Made by a program: the position numbers and the translations under genes. Positions 9,750 through 17,723 of a stretch of DNA of 36,967 nucleotides are shown one piece after another (positions within the stretch are counted from its first letter, which is position 1; every line of letters starts with the position of its first letter). The DNA is from a virus (lineage: Duplodnaviria > Heunggongvirae > Uroviricota > Caudoviricetes): IMG/VR virus record IMGVR_UViG_2531839130_000014; one strand, 5' to 3'. The notes under the pieces are model-generated. The model was not told where the DNA came from and ran no database searches. It worked only from the letters and a program-made list of their open reading frames with translations.

Positions 9750-10169
9750 ATGAACGTCAAAATCCGAAATGAAATTCAGGCATTAATCCGAATTCAGGAA
9801 CGCAATAACAACGGTGGTGAATTACGCGAGTTTATTTGCGCCCGGAAAGTTGATGATTGTGGTGAAAAGACTTACCTGATTGCTTTCGACCATTACAGCA
9901 TTTGTGCGCGTTATTGCGGCGAAAGCATATCCCGCGCCATTGCATTTGGCGGTGCGTTCAACGTGGATTTATGGGAGTACGTCATGGACCGGGAATACAT
10001 CTGCGCATCAGACCCTGAGGCCCGTGAAATGTGGCAGCGTATCTGGCGCGATTACCGGTTAATGGCAAAAGGCTGGGCGCGCTGCTGTTATTCCTCGCTT
10101 GCCCTGAAAGCGGTTCAGTTATCGCTGCGGCATATTCCGGCATCACTGCGCGAGCCTCTGCTGTACTGA
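9750..10169 (+). CDS. Hypothetical early protein
   Basis: 139-aa ORF tightly packed in the early operon; no recognisable domain. Confidence 0.45.
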   Translation: MNVKIRNEIQALIRIQERNNNGGELREFICARKVDDCGEKTYLIAFDHYSICARYCGESISRAIAFGGAFNVDLWEYVMDREYICASDPEAREMWQRIWRDYRLMAKGWARCCYSSLALKAVQLSLRHIPASLREPLLY

Positions 10170-10469
10170 ATGGTGGCTGACATGAAGTGTAATCGTAAGC
10201 GCTGGTCACGCGAAGACCGGGAATTTATCGAAGCCAACGTCGGGAAAATGACCGTTGAAGAAATGGCGGAAAAACTGAAAGTCGCCACAACCGCCCTCCG
10301 GGCACATGCCAGAAGGCACGGAATATCATTGTGTGTATACCGAATCAGTGAACACGACAAATATTTATGTCGTGAACTTTATAAAGAAGGGCTGGATATT
10401 CATGTCATTGCCCGAAAGATGGAATTAAGCAATCGAGCTGTATCCAGCATTGTATACAGCGGATATTAA
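10170..10469 (+). CDS. Hypothetical early protein with possible helix-turn-helix
   Basis: 99-aa ORF whose ATG abuts the upstream stop (TGAATG). Segment MTVEEMAEKLKVATTALRAHARRHG resembles an HTH. Confidence 0.45.
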   Translation: MVADMKCNRKRWSREDREFIEANVGKMTVEEMAEKLKVATTALRAHARRHGISLCVYRISEHDKYLCRELYKEGLDIHVIARKMELSNRAVSSIVYSGY

Positions 10470-10488
10470 TTAACAGGAGCTTTAATTT

Positions 10489-11013
10489 ATGGCTAAACCA
10501 GCAAAACGTATCAAGAGTGCCGCAGCGGCTTATGTGCCACAAAACCGCGATGCGGTGATTACCGATATTAAACGCATCGGGGATTTACAGCGCGAAGCAT
10601 CACGTCTGGAAACGGAAATGAATGATGCCATCGCGGAAATTACGGAGAAATTTGCGGCCCGGATTGCACCGATTAAAACCGATATTGAAACCCTTTCAAA
10701 AGGCGTTCAGGGATGGTGTGAAGCGAACCGCGACGAACTGACGAACGGCGGCAAAGTGAAGACGGCGAATCTTGTCACCGGTGATGTATCGTGGCGGGTC
10801 CGTCCACCATCAGTAAGTATTCGTGGTATGGATGCAGTGATGGAAACGCTGGAGCGTCTTGGCCTGCAACGCTTTATTCGCACGAAGCAGGAAATCAACA
10901 AGGAGGCGATTTTACTGGAACCAAAAGCCGTCGCAGGTGTTGCCGGAATTACGGTTAAATCGGGAATTGAAGATTTTTCCATTATTCCGTTTGAACAGGA
11001 AGCCGGTATTTAA
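10489..11013 (+). CDS. gam: Gam, Mu-type host-nuclease inhibitor (Ku-like DNA-end-binding protein)
   Basis: 174-aa ORF starting MAKPAKRIKSAAAAYVPQNRDAVITDIKRIGDLQREASRLETEMNDAIAEI, matching recalled Mu Gam; AGGAG RBS at 10475-10479. Confidence 0.85.
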   Translation: MAKPAKRIKSAAAAYVPQNRDAVITDIKRIGDLQREASRLETEMNDAIAEITEKFAARIAPIKTDIETLSKGVQGWCEANRDELTNGGKVKTANLVTGDVSWRVRPPSVSIRGMDAVMETLERLGLQRFIRTKQEINKEAILLEPKAVAGVAGITVKSGIEDFSIIPFEQEAGI

Positions 11014-11111
11014 TACCACCATTAATATTTAATTAATTCACATTCTTTTAATTATGGCGCGATGCGTCAGGGGATTGCTCGCGCCTGAAACAGATTACTG
11101 AGGAATAAAAC

Positions 11112-11651
11112 ATGGTTGATGCAAAAATTCTGAATGGTGTCAGCACATTATTACGGGCTTACGGACGCCTGACCTGCGGGGTTCTGGCTGAAAAAATGCA
11201 GATGCCACCCTCCGCAATGGTGTATTTCCTGCGTGATGCGGTTGATGCCGGAGTGCTCACCGAATGCAACGGATTTTATGACGTTCCGCGCCCGCGTCAG
11301 ACGCCGCCGGTAAGACGAAACGCAACTGAGCAGCCTGCTGTTGATGATGCGGTGTGGTGCAACTGGCGTCGCTCATTACCCTGGGTGGAAGGTAATACCA
11401 TCCCCGCACTGGCAAAAGAGTTTGCGACAGGCGTACTGACCTGTGAGTCCGTTCACATCGTTGCAGAAGTGGATGACGAGATGTGCAAACAGGGAATGCC
11501 CCGTTTTGTGATGGCTTATATCGATATCCGGCTGGGGCGGTTTATTTGCAGTTCCAGCGCCTGGAATATCACCGACCATGTACTGCGTTATCTCATCATT
11601 GATTTTTCATCAGCACCGGGTGTGGTGCAGGAGGCTGGTTGTGAAATTTGA
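11112..11651 (+). CDS. Hypothetical early protein
   Basis: 179-aa ORF with GAGGAATAAAAC upstream; no recognisable domain. Confidence 0.45.
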   Translation: MVDAKILNGVSTLLRAYGRLTCGVLAEKMQMPPSAMVYFLRDAVDAGVLTECNGFYDVPRPRQTPPVRRNATEQPAVDDAVWCNWRRSLPWVEGNTIPALAKEFATGVLTCESVHIVAEVDDEMCKQGMPRFVMAYIDIRLGRFICSSSAWNITDHVLRYLIIDFSSAPGVVQEAGCEI

Positions 11652-12336
11652 AGACTGGGGTATTGATAAAAGTTGTGGCCGGGACGTCCTGGTGTACAAA
11701 AACTGTAGCGTGATTGAAGGAGAAGATGCCTGGCAGGTTCTGGATATACTTCGTTCTGCTTTATGCAGAGCTGGCTATGTTACGCCAGCGTCAGTTAATG
11801 GCGGAACTGCCACTACCTGTATCAGAAAGCAACTTTATAGTTTTTATACAGCCTACAACCGATGGTTAAAGAATGGGGCAATGGAGACGGGCGATGATGT
11901 ATTTACCCGGGCTGCCGGATTATGTGCCAATGCTTACGATTATTTTGAATCAACCGGTGCAGACAGTGAAGCCGCATTAGAACAATTACATGCGGACTTT
12001 ATCTCAGCAGGGCTGAATGAGAAATTGCCATTTAACCGGGACAGCAAACATTACAGAAACGAAAGCAAATTGGCCAGATGCCACCTGAATTCAGCACGTG
12101 TGGCATGGGTTGAAAAACACTGTATTAGTTCTGATTCAGAAATAACGGGGAAAAAGACAGTCGGTGAAAATTCGTATTCGTGGCTGGGGACATTCACCAC
12201 GGTGAAACAGGAATGCCCGACCTGCGGTAATGAAAACCCTGAATATCTGAAAGAGTGCCCTCATTGTGGTGGGCAGAAATGCAACCACTGCGATATGGGC
12301 GATGACACGGCGTGCATGAATTGTGAAGGTGAGTGA
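11641..12336 (+). CDS. Hypothetical early protein with C-terminal zinc-ribbon-like Cys cluster (start uncertain)
   Basis: Long ORF (listed from 11578) ending CPTCGNENPEYLKECPHCGGQKCNHCDMGDDTACMNCEGE. A GTG at 11641 overlapping the upstream stop is a plausible start. Confidence 0.4.
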   Translation: MKFEDWGIDKSCGRDVLVYKNCSVIEGEDAWQVLDILRSALCRAGYVTPASVNGGTATTCIRKQLYSFYTAYNRWLKNGAMETGDDVFTRAAGLCANAYDYFESTGADSEAALEQLHADFISAGLNEKLPFNRDSKHYRNESKLARCHLNSARVAWVEKHCISSDSEITGKKTVGENSYSWLGTFTTVKQECPTCGNENPEYLKECPHCGGQKCNHCDMGDDTACMNCEGE

Positions 12337-12337
12337 T

Positions 12338-12649
12338 ATGAATAATGGTGTATTTTCAAAATCAGAAGAGCTTGCCGCCCTGCTGATTGCCGGTGGTTTG
12401 CCGAAAAAAGAAGTGCATGACTTTGTGAATTTTGTATATGAGCCGTCTCATGAAAAAGCTATTGATGAAGTCATGGCGTACCGGTTTGGCATTATTGCTG
12501 AGTCACTGAGTCCTCACTGGATTATTGAAAATCTCCGCACTATTGCTGATGGTAACGATAAAGTGGCGGCTGTCGCCGCCCTTGATGTGCTGCAACGTAT
12601 GAACCGGGAACTATTCAATCCCGAGTTTCTTTTTAAGAAACGAGGTTAA
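12338..12649 (+). CDS. Hypothetical early protein
   Basis: About 103-aa ORF; the ATG at 12338 overlaps the upstream stop region. Confidence 0.45.
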   Translation: MNNGVFSKSEELAALLIAGGLPKKEVHDFVNFVYEPSHEKAIDEVMAYRFGIIAESLSPHWIIENLRTIADGNDKVAAVAALDVLQRMNRELFNPEFLFKKRG

Positions 12650-13027
12650 CCACTGTTTGCCGACGTCTGTTACGAGCGTCATCGGGGCGTCGGCAAGGTC
12701 CTGTTTTATGCGCTCAAGAATGGGTTTTTGATGTAGTGCTTTCGCAAAATCATGACCATCTTGTGTAAGTCTGACACTGGTGCCTGAATATGAATATCCG
12801 AGGCTTGTTGGGGTGAGACCAATGCTTTTTGCGGTGCCTGTTTCCAGATATCTGTTGCTGATAAAACCATTTTCAACCAGCAACAGAAGATGGAAAACCA
12901 GCTTCTGATGGCTGTCGCTGTGCCGCTGAGAACGCTCCCAGCCGACATCTTCCAGTCGAATGAATGCGGTGTCGGCCTCCAGAAAAACATCAAATATTCT
13001 GGCTATCTCGTCATAATCAATTTTCAT
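12611..13027 (-). CDS. Hypothetical protein encoded antisense to the early operon (possible DUF2513-like; candidate moron)
   Basis: 138-aa minus-strand ORF with balanced, globular-looking composition (MKIDYDEIARIFDVFLEADTAFIRLEDVGW...). AAGGA lies about 8 nt upstream of its ATG on the minus strand. Its start is 30 bp from the gemA start and its 3' end overlaps the upstream plus-strand gene convergently. Confidence 0.5.
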   Translation of the reverse strand: MKIDYDEIARIFDVFLEADTAFIRLEDVGWERSQRHSDSHQKLVFHLLLLVENGFISNRYLETGTAKSIGLTPTSLGYSYSGTSVRLTQDGHDFAKALHQKPILERIKQDLADAPMTLVTDVGKQWLTSFLKKKLGIE

Positions 13028-13057
13028 ATCTCATTCCTTAATATGAGAGGTGAGCAA

Positions 13058-13609
13058 ATGAATCGCACATCGCTTATTAAATTAATCCATGTCGCCCGTC
13101 GGGAGCTACAACTCGACGATGACACTTACCGCGCCTTTCTGATGCAGAAAACGGGCAAAACCAGTTGCCGCGAGCTGACGGTTACGCAACTGGAACAGAC
13201 GCTCGATGCAATGAAAGAACGCGGCTTTAAGAAGCTGAATAAACATCCACGTCGCCGCTTTAAGGAACATGTCACGCCCCGCGAGAAGGTGTACAAAGTC
13301 TGGCAGCAGATGGCAGAAGACGGTTTTATTACCGATGGCGGTGATGTGGCGCTGGATAAATATGTTCAGCGCCTGACCGCGAAACGCAACGGCGGACAGG
13401 GCGTTTCCACACTGGCGTGGTGTCATGGCGACACGCTGCTGACAGTCCTCGAAACACTCAAGCAGTGGCACATCCGCTGTATTCGTGAAGCCTTTTCCCG
13501 TCACGGGCTTCCATTGCCGGTCAGTCCGTCCGGTCGTGAACTGCGCGGCTATGATGCCATGACGGCGGCTTATGCCCATGCCAGAAAGACGCGGAGGATG
13601 GCACAATGA
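13058..13609 (+). CDS. gemA: GemA-like protein (Mu gp16 family)
   Basis: ORF starting MNRTSLIKLIHVARRELQLDDDTYRAFLMQKTGKTSCRELT with GAGAGG RBS at 13045-13050, immediately upstream of mor as in Mu. Confidence 0.75.
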   Translation: MNRTSLIKLIHVARRELQLDDDTYRAFLMQKTGKTSCRELTVTQLEQTLDAMKERGFKKLNKHPRRRFKEHVTPREKVYKVWQQMAEDGFITDGGDVALDKYVQRLTAKRNGGQGVSTLAWCHGDTLLTVLETLKQWHIRCIREAFSRHGLPLPVSPSGRELRGYDAMTAAYAHARKTRRMAQ

Positions 13610-13995
13610 CGGAAGATTTATTTGGTGATTTGCAGGATGACACCATCCTGGCACATCTTGACAATCCCGCAGAGGATACGTCACGCTTTCCGGCACTGCT
13701 GGCGGAGCTGAACGATTTACTACGCGGGGAATTGTCCCGGCTGGGTGTTGATCCTGCCCATTCACTGGAGATTGTTGTGGCTATCTGTAAGCATCTGGGC
13801 GGCGGTCAGGTCTACATTCCACGCGGTCAGGTTCTGGACTCGCTGATTCGGGATTTGCGTATCTGGAATGATTTTAACGGTCGCAACGTCAGCGAACTGA
13901 CCACCCGTTATGGTGTCACTTTCAATACGGTTTACAAGGCCATTCGCCGGATGCGACGGCTGAAATACCGCCAGTACCAGCCCTCACTTCTGTAA
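13606..13995 (+). CDS. mor: Mor, middle-operon transcriptional activator (Mor/C family)
   Basis: 129-aa ORF (Mu Mor is 129 aa). Its C-terminal half (FNGRNVSELTTRYGVTFNTVYKAIRR) parallels that of the downstream C protein (FNGRNMEELRRQYRLSQPQIYQIIARQRK). Confidence 0.85.
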   Translation: MTEDLFGDLQDDTILAHLDNPAEDTSRFPALLAELNDLLRGELSRLGVDPAHSLEIVVAICKHLGGGQVYIPRGQVLDSLIRDLRIWNDFNGRNVSELTTRYGVTFNTVYKAIRRMRRLKYRQYQPSLL

Positions 13996-14000
13996 ACAGT

Positions 14001-14026
14001 AAAGCCGGTTAATCCGGCTTTTTTTA
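14001..14026 (+). terminator. Rho-independent terminator after mor (end of early transcript)
   Basis: Hairpin AGCCGG-ttaa-CCGGCT followed by a run of 8 T. Confidence 0.6.
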
Positions 14027-14072
14027 CGTCCTCAATATCCTGTGATGAATAACCGTACCGGGGAAAATCATC
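14027..14072 (+). promoter_or_regulatory. Expected position of the Mor-dependent middle promoter (Pm)
   Basis: Short spacer between the early terminator and the first middle-operon ORF; assignment by Mu synteny only. Confidence 0.3.
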
Positions 14073-14291
14073 ATGGGTAAAGGCTGGAATGCATCCTTTC
14101 ATCTTGGCAGACGTGAGCGGCTGCGTCAGGAGGTTTTGCGCCGTGTCGCCGGTGGGCCACGTCCTGCGCCCCGCGACTATACCGGTCATGATGGCACCCA
14201 CGGCAGTTATTACATGAAAGGCTGGCAGTCAGTTGATATGCCGGAAATTCTTCATCATTGCCTGCTTTACAGGGAGAAACATTATGTCTGA
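14073..14291 (+). CDS. Hypothetical middle-operon protein
   Basis: 72-aa ORF between mor and C. Confidence 0.4.
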   Translation: MGKGWNASFHLGRRERLRQEVLRRVAGGPRPAPRDYTGHDGTHGSYYMKGWQSVDMPEILHHCLLYREKHYV

Positions 14292-14646
14292 GCGTTCTGC
14301 TCGTCAGTGGCCTGATTTTTTATCGGTGGTATTACTGGCGCTGTTATTGTGGATAAGTCTGTTTTGTGGCTGGCGCGCGCTGATGTTTTGCTGTGCCTCG
14401 GTTTTCAGTGTTGCTTTATGTGTTGCCGGTGATTATCTGGATGCGCTGATAATGAGCTGCCGGGTGCCTGAACATTTTGCCCGGTTCGTCTGGCCTCTGA
14501 CCTGGCTGGGGGGGCTGTCCGGGCTGGGATTAGCCGTGATGGCAACGTCTCAACTGAAAACGGGTCCTGAGTATGTCATCTGGGCGCTGGCCGGATTGCT
14601 GACGTTCTGGCTCTCCTTTCGTTTTCGCGCTCGTCTGTTCGGGTAA
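14284..14646 (+). CDS. Hypothetical multi-pass membrane protein (middle operon)
   Basis: ATG at 14284 preceded by AGGGAG. Several hydrophobic helices (LSVVLLALLLWISLFCGW, VFSVALCVAG, WPLTWLGGLSGLGLAVMA, VIWALAGLLTFWLSF). Confidence 0.5.
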   Translation: MSERSARQWPDFLSVVLLALLLWISLFCGWRALMFCCASVFSVALCVAGDYLDALIMSCRVPEHFARFVWPLTWLGGLSGLGLAVMATSQLKTGPEYVIWALAGLLTFWLSFRFRARLFG

Positions 14647-14655
14647 AGGGGCACC

Positions 14656-14775
14656 ATGTACAGAAAATTCAGTGATGAATGTTTCGGGCCGTCCACGCTG
14701 ATTAATGCGATAAAAGTGATTGCCCTTGTGGTTCTGATAACCATCAGTGCCGTGGTGTATCTTTTTGTCTGTTAA
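14656..14775 (+). CDS. Possible 39-aa small membrane protein
   Basis: Short ORF MYRKFSDECFGPSTLINAIKVIALVVLITISAVVYLFVC with one hydrophobic helix, below the ORF-track size cutoff; found by reading the frame. Confidence 0.3.
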   Translation: MYRKFSDECFGPSTLINAIKVIALVVLITISAVVYLFVC

Positions 14776-14787
14776 CCGGGGGAAAAT

Positions 14788-15210
14788 ATGCAGCATGATT
14801 TATTTGAACACGATCCGGCAATTCGCCAGTTAATCGGGCATATTGATAACATCCCGGCCCCGGAACTGGAATCACGCTGGCCCCGTTCAGTGGTTGATCT
14901 GATTGATATTCTGGAAAACGAACTGAAACGCCAGAACGTCAGCAATCCCCGTGAGCTTGCCCGTAAACAGGCCGTTGCCCTGTCCTGTTTTCTGGGCGGG
15001 CGGCAGTTTTACATCCCCTGCGGCGATACGATCCTGACCGCGTTACGCGACGATTTGCTTTACTGCCAGTTCAATGGTCGTAACATGGAAGAACTGCGTC
15101 GCCAGTATCGCCTGTCCCAGCCGCAGATCTACCAGATTATTGCCCGCCAGAGAAAGCTGCATACACGACGTCATCAGCCTGATCTGTTCTCACCTGAAAG
15201 CCCAAAATAA
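14788..15210 (+). CDS. C: C, late-gene transcriptional activator (Mor/C family)
   Basis: 140-aa ORF (Mu C is 140 aa), paralogous to Mor, located before the lysis and morphogenesis genes. Confidence 0.85.
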   Translation: MQHDLFEHDPAIRQLIGHIDNIPAPELESRWPRSVVDLIDILENELKRQNVSNPRELARKQAVALSCFLGGRQFYIPCGDTILTALRDDLLYCQFNGRNMEELRRQYRLSQPQIYQIIARQRKLHTRRHQPDLFSPESPK

Positions 15211-15234
15211 CCGGCATCCTGCCGGTTATTTCCT
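15209..15234 (+). terminator. Putative terminator after C (end of middle transcript)
   Basis: Hairpin AACCGGCA-tcc-TGCCGGTT immediately after the stop, followed by a weak T-rich tract. Confidence 0.45.
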
Positions 15235-15301
15235 GTCACCATAATCCCGCACCTGCCATCTGATTTTTTAGACTGCCATCAGCGCATTTTTTCAGGGAAG
15301 C
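15235..15301 (+). promoter_or_regulatory. Expected C-dependent late promoter (Plys) region
   Basis: Intergenic spacer upstream of lys; assignment by Mu synteny only. Confidence 0.3.
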
Positions 15302-15820
15302 ATGATGGCGGGGATACCAAAAAAACTGAAAGCCGCACTGCTGGCGGCAACGATTGCCGGTGGCGGTGTGGGTGGTTATCAGGAAATGACCCGTCAGTCT
15401 CTGATCCATCTGGAAAATATCGCTTATATGCCTTACCGCGATATTGCCGGTGTGCTTACGGTCTGTGTGGGACATACCGGGCCGGATATCGAAATGCGCC
15501 GTTACAGCCATGCGGAGTGTATGGCTCTTCTCGACAGTGATTTAAAACCGGTTTATGCGGCAATCGATCGTCTTGTCAGGGTGCCGCTGACGCCATATCA
15601 GAAAACGGCGCTGGCAACGTTTATTTTCAACACCGGTGTTACCGCATTCAGTAAATCAACGCTGCTGAAAAAACTCAATGCCGGTGATTACGCCGGAGCG
15701 CGTGACCAGATGGCCCGCTGGGTGTTTGCCGCAGGCCATAAATGGAAAGGACTGATGAACCGTCGCGAAGTGGAAATGGCTATCTGGAATATCAGGGGGG
15801 CGGATGACCTTCGCCAGTAA
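15302..15820 (+). CDS. lys: SAR endolysin (T4-lysozyme-like glycosidase with N-terminal signal-anchor-release segment)
   Basis: 172-aa ORF with N-terminal weakly hydrophobic Gly/Ala-rich segment KAALLAATIAGGGVGGY followed by a lysozyme-like domain; first late gene as in Mu. Confidence 0.8.
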   Translation: MMAGIPKKLKAALLAATIAGGGVGGYQEMTRQSLIHLENIAYMPYRDIAGVLTVCVGHTGPDIEMRRYSHAECMALLDSDLKPVYAAIDRLVRVPLTPYQKTALATFIFNTGVTAFSKSTLLKKLNAGDYAGARDQMARWVFAAGHKWKGLMNRREVEMAIWNIRGADDLRQ

Positions 15821-16190
15821 AAGTTTACTGCTGGCTGCCGTGTTTGCCGCCGTTCTGTCCGGGGTGTTGTGGCACAGGCTGGACAGCACCCGCCACGATA
15901 ACCAGACGCTGCGCCGTGAATTACAGACGGAGCAACAGGCCCGCCACACTGCTGAATGGTTGTTACACGGTCAGGAACAGACGATGCAGGTATTTTCCGC
16001 TATCCGTGCCGCAAATCGTGCCGCACGGCTGGCAGACGAGACAGAACATCATGATGCAAAACAAAAAATTACAACCGCCATTACCGGTGACAATTGCAGC
16101 ACTCGTCCTGTGCCTGCCGTTGCTGCTGACAGGTTGCGGGAACTCGAAAAACGCACCCGTGCCATCGGTGGTGCTCCAGCCCGAAACTGA
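15804..16190 (+). CDS. Inner-membrane spanin subunit (i-spanin, Rz-like)
   Basis: N-terminal TM helix SLLLAAVFAAVLSGVLW followed by a charged, coiled-coil-like periplasmic region; immediately after the endolysin. Confidence 0.6.
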   Translation: MTFASKSLLLAAVFAAVLSGVLWHRLDSTRHDNQTLRRELQTEQQARHTAEWLLHGQEQTMQVFSAIRAANRAARLADETEHHDAKQKITTAITGDNCSTRPVPAVAADRLRELEKRTRAIGGAPARN

Positions 16191-16392
16191 TGCAGAACTG
16201 ACGGAAGCAACGCCCGTTCCGCCCATGCCACAGCCCCTGACGTGGGGAGCATCCCTTCTCTGGAATGCTGACCTGTTGATGGCGCTCGGGCAGTGCAACC
16301 GCGACAAGGCATCAGTCCGGGAACAGGAGACCCGAAGGAAAGAAATTTATGAACGAAGACCAGAACCGGGCGCTGGCGCTGCTGCTCGCTGA
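16051..16392 (+). CDS. Outer-membrane spanin subunit (o-spanin lipoprotein), overlapped architecture
   Basis: An ATG within the i-spanin gene in another frame gives MMQNKKLQPPLPVTIAALVLCLPLLLTGCGN: signal peptide plus lipobox LLTGC and a Pro-rich mature part, extending past the i-spanin stop. Confidence 0.5.
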   Translation: MMQNKKLQPPLPVTIAALVLCLPLLLTGCGNSKNAPVPSVVLQPETDAELTEATPVPPMPQPLTWGASLLWNADLLMALGQCNRDKASVREQETRRKEIYERRPEPGAGAAAR

Positions 16393-16543
16393 ACTCTGGC
16401 AGGGGGATACCCGTGATATTCCCCGCCCGGCGGCGTATGACCCGCCTGTATTGTGTGCCGGTTGCGGTCGTGAGCTGCGGCCTGATGTGCTGAGACAGCA
16501 GCCGATGGCGAACTACTGCCACTGGTGCCGTGGAGCAGAATAA
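16349..16543 (+). CDS. Small C4 zinc-finger protein (TraR/DksA-like)
   Basis: 64-aa ORF with CAGCG...(x18)...CHWC motif. Confidence 0.5.
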   Translation: MNEDQNRALALLLAELWQGDTRDIPRPAAYDPPVLCAGCGRELRPDVLRQQPMANYCHWCRGAE

Positions 16544-16842
16544 TGGATTTGATTTCAGTTTTAGCGTTATGGCCTTACCTGTTGCCTGTTGTGGCCGGTG
16601 GGGCCGTCTGGGCGATGCGTCGTAGTTTTGCCAGCACCGAGCGTGTGGAGCGTCTTGAAAACCGGATGACCGAAATGGAAACCCGCTACGCCAGCATCCC
16701 CGGCACAGAAGATGTACACGAAATGCGCCTGCGAATTGCAGAGCTGTCCGGTGATATCCGGGTGCTGTCCCAGCGGGTGCAGTCATTTTCCCATCAACTG
16801 GAGCTGCTGCTTGAAAACGCAGTAAACCGGAGTAATTCATGA
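16543..16842 (+). CDS. Hypothetical membrane-anchored coiled-coil protein (Mu gp25 position)
   Basis: ATG at 16543; N-terminal hydrophobic helix LISVLALWPYLLPVVAGGAVWA then a coiled-coil-like region. Confidence 0.5.
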   Translation: MDLISVLALWPYLLPVVAGGAVWAMRRSFASTERVERLENRMTEMETRYASIPGTEDVHEMRLRIAELSGDIRVLSQRVQSFSHQLELLLENAVNRSNS

Positions 16843-17129
16843 TTAACGATATTCTGACCGAAGACCGTCGTCTGGTCATCCTGCGTTCCCTGATGGACTG
16901 CAATAACGAAGCCAACGAATCCATCCTTCAGGACTGTCTGGATGCATACGGACACAACGTTTCCCGCGATGTGGTTCGCGGCCAGATTGACTGGCTGGCA
17001 GAGCAGCAACTGGTCACCGTGGAAAACCTGCGCGGCTTTTATGTCGTAACGCTGACTTCCCGGGGTCAGGATGTGGCAGAAGGTCGTGCCCGCGTTGCCG
17101 GTGTCAAGCGTCCTCGTCCCCGTGCATGA
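16839..17129 (+). CDS. Hypothetical protein (Mu gp26 position)
   Basis: 96-aa ORF overlapping its neighbours by 4 nt, in the pre-terminase block. Confidence 0.5.
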   Translation: MINDILTEDRRLVILRSLMDCNNEANESILQDCLDAYGHNVSRDVVRGQIDWLAEQQLVTVENLRGFYVVTLTSRGQDVAEGRARVAGVKRPRPRA

Positions 17130-17140
17130 CAGGAGGCGTG

Positions 17141-17716
17141 ATGGACAGGAAAACACGGGGCCGGGCTTCAAAAGTGGATTTACTGCCGGAAAACGTACGT
17201 AAAACGCTGCATGAAATGCTGCGTGATAAAGCGATCCCACAGGCCCGCATTCTGGAAGAAATTAACGCACTGATTGAAGACGCAGGCCTGCCGGATGAGA
17301 TGAAACTCTCCCGTTCCGGTCTGAACCGTTACGCGACGAACGTCGAGCAGGTAGGCCATAACCTGCGACAGATGCGTGAAATGACGTCAGCACTGACCGC
17401 AGAACTTGGCGACAAGCCAATGGGAGAAACCACAAAGCTGATTCTGGAAATGGCCCGCAGCCAGCTTTTTAAGGCCATGATGCGGCAAATCGAAAACCCG
17501 GAATCTGACGTGGATATTGACCTGCTGAAAAATGCCATGCTGGCGGCACAGCGTCTGGAATCCACGGCAATGTCCAGCCACCGGCGCGAGAAAGAAATCC
17601 GCCAGGCATTCGCAGAAGAAGCGGCAAACGCCGTCAGTGAAGAACTGCGCGGGCAGGATGGCATCAGCGAAGAGCTGGAGCAGCGTATCCGTGATGTGCT
17701 GCTGGGTAAGGCATGA
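17141..17716 (+). CDS. Putative terminase small subunit (Mu gp27-like)
   Basis: ATG at 17141 preceded by a perfect AGGAGG; acidic/basic helical protein immediately upstream of the large terminase gene. Confidence 0.55.
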   Translation: MDRKTRGRASKVDLLPENVRKTLHEMLRDKAIPQARILEEINALIEDAGLPDEMKLSRSGLNRYATNVEQVGHNLRQMREMTSALTAELGDKPMGETTKLILEMARSQLFKAMMRQIENPESDVDIDLLKNAMLAAQRLESTAMSSHRREKEIRQAFAEEAANAVSEELRGQDGISEELEQRIRDVLLGKA

Positions 17717-17723
17717 GAGGGTT

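Noticed and set aside
11047-11076. Inverted repeat GGCGCGA...TCGCGCC downstream of gam
   Set aside because: 16-nt loop and no following T-tract, so not a convincing intrinsic terminator; could be incidental.
12890-13057. N-terminal extension of the gemA reading frame (listed ORF starts at 12890)
   Set aside because: The extension overlaps the minus-strand gene; a good RBS precedes the ATG at 13058 and the product from there begins like GemA. The extension is just open frame.
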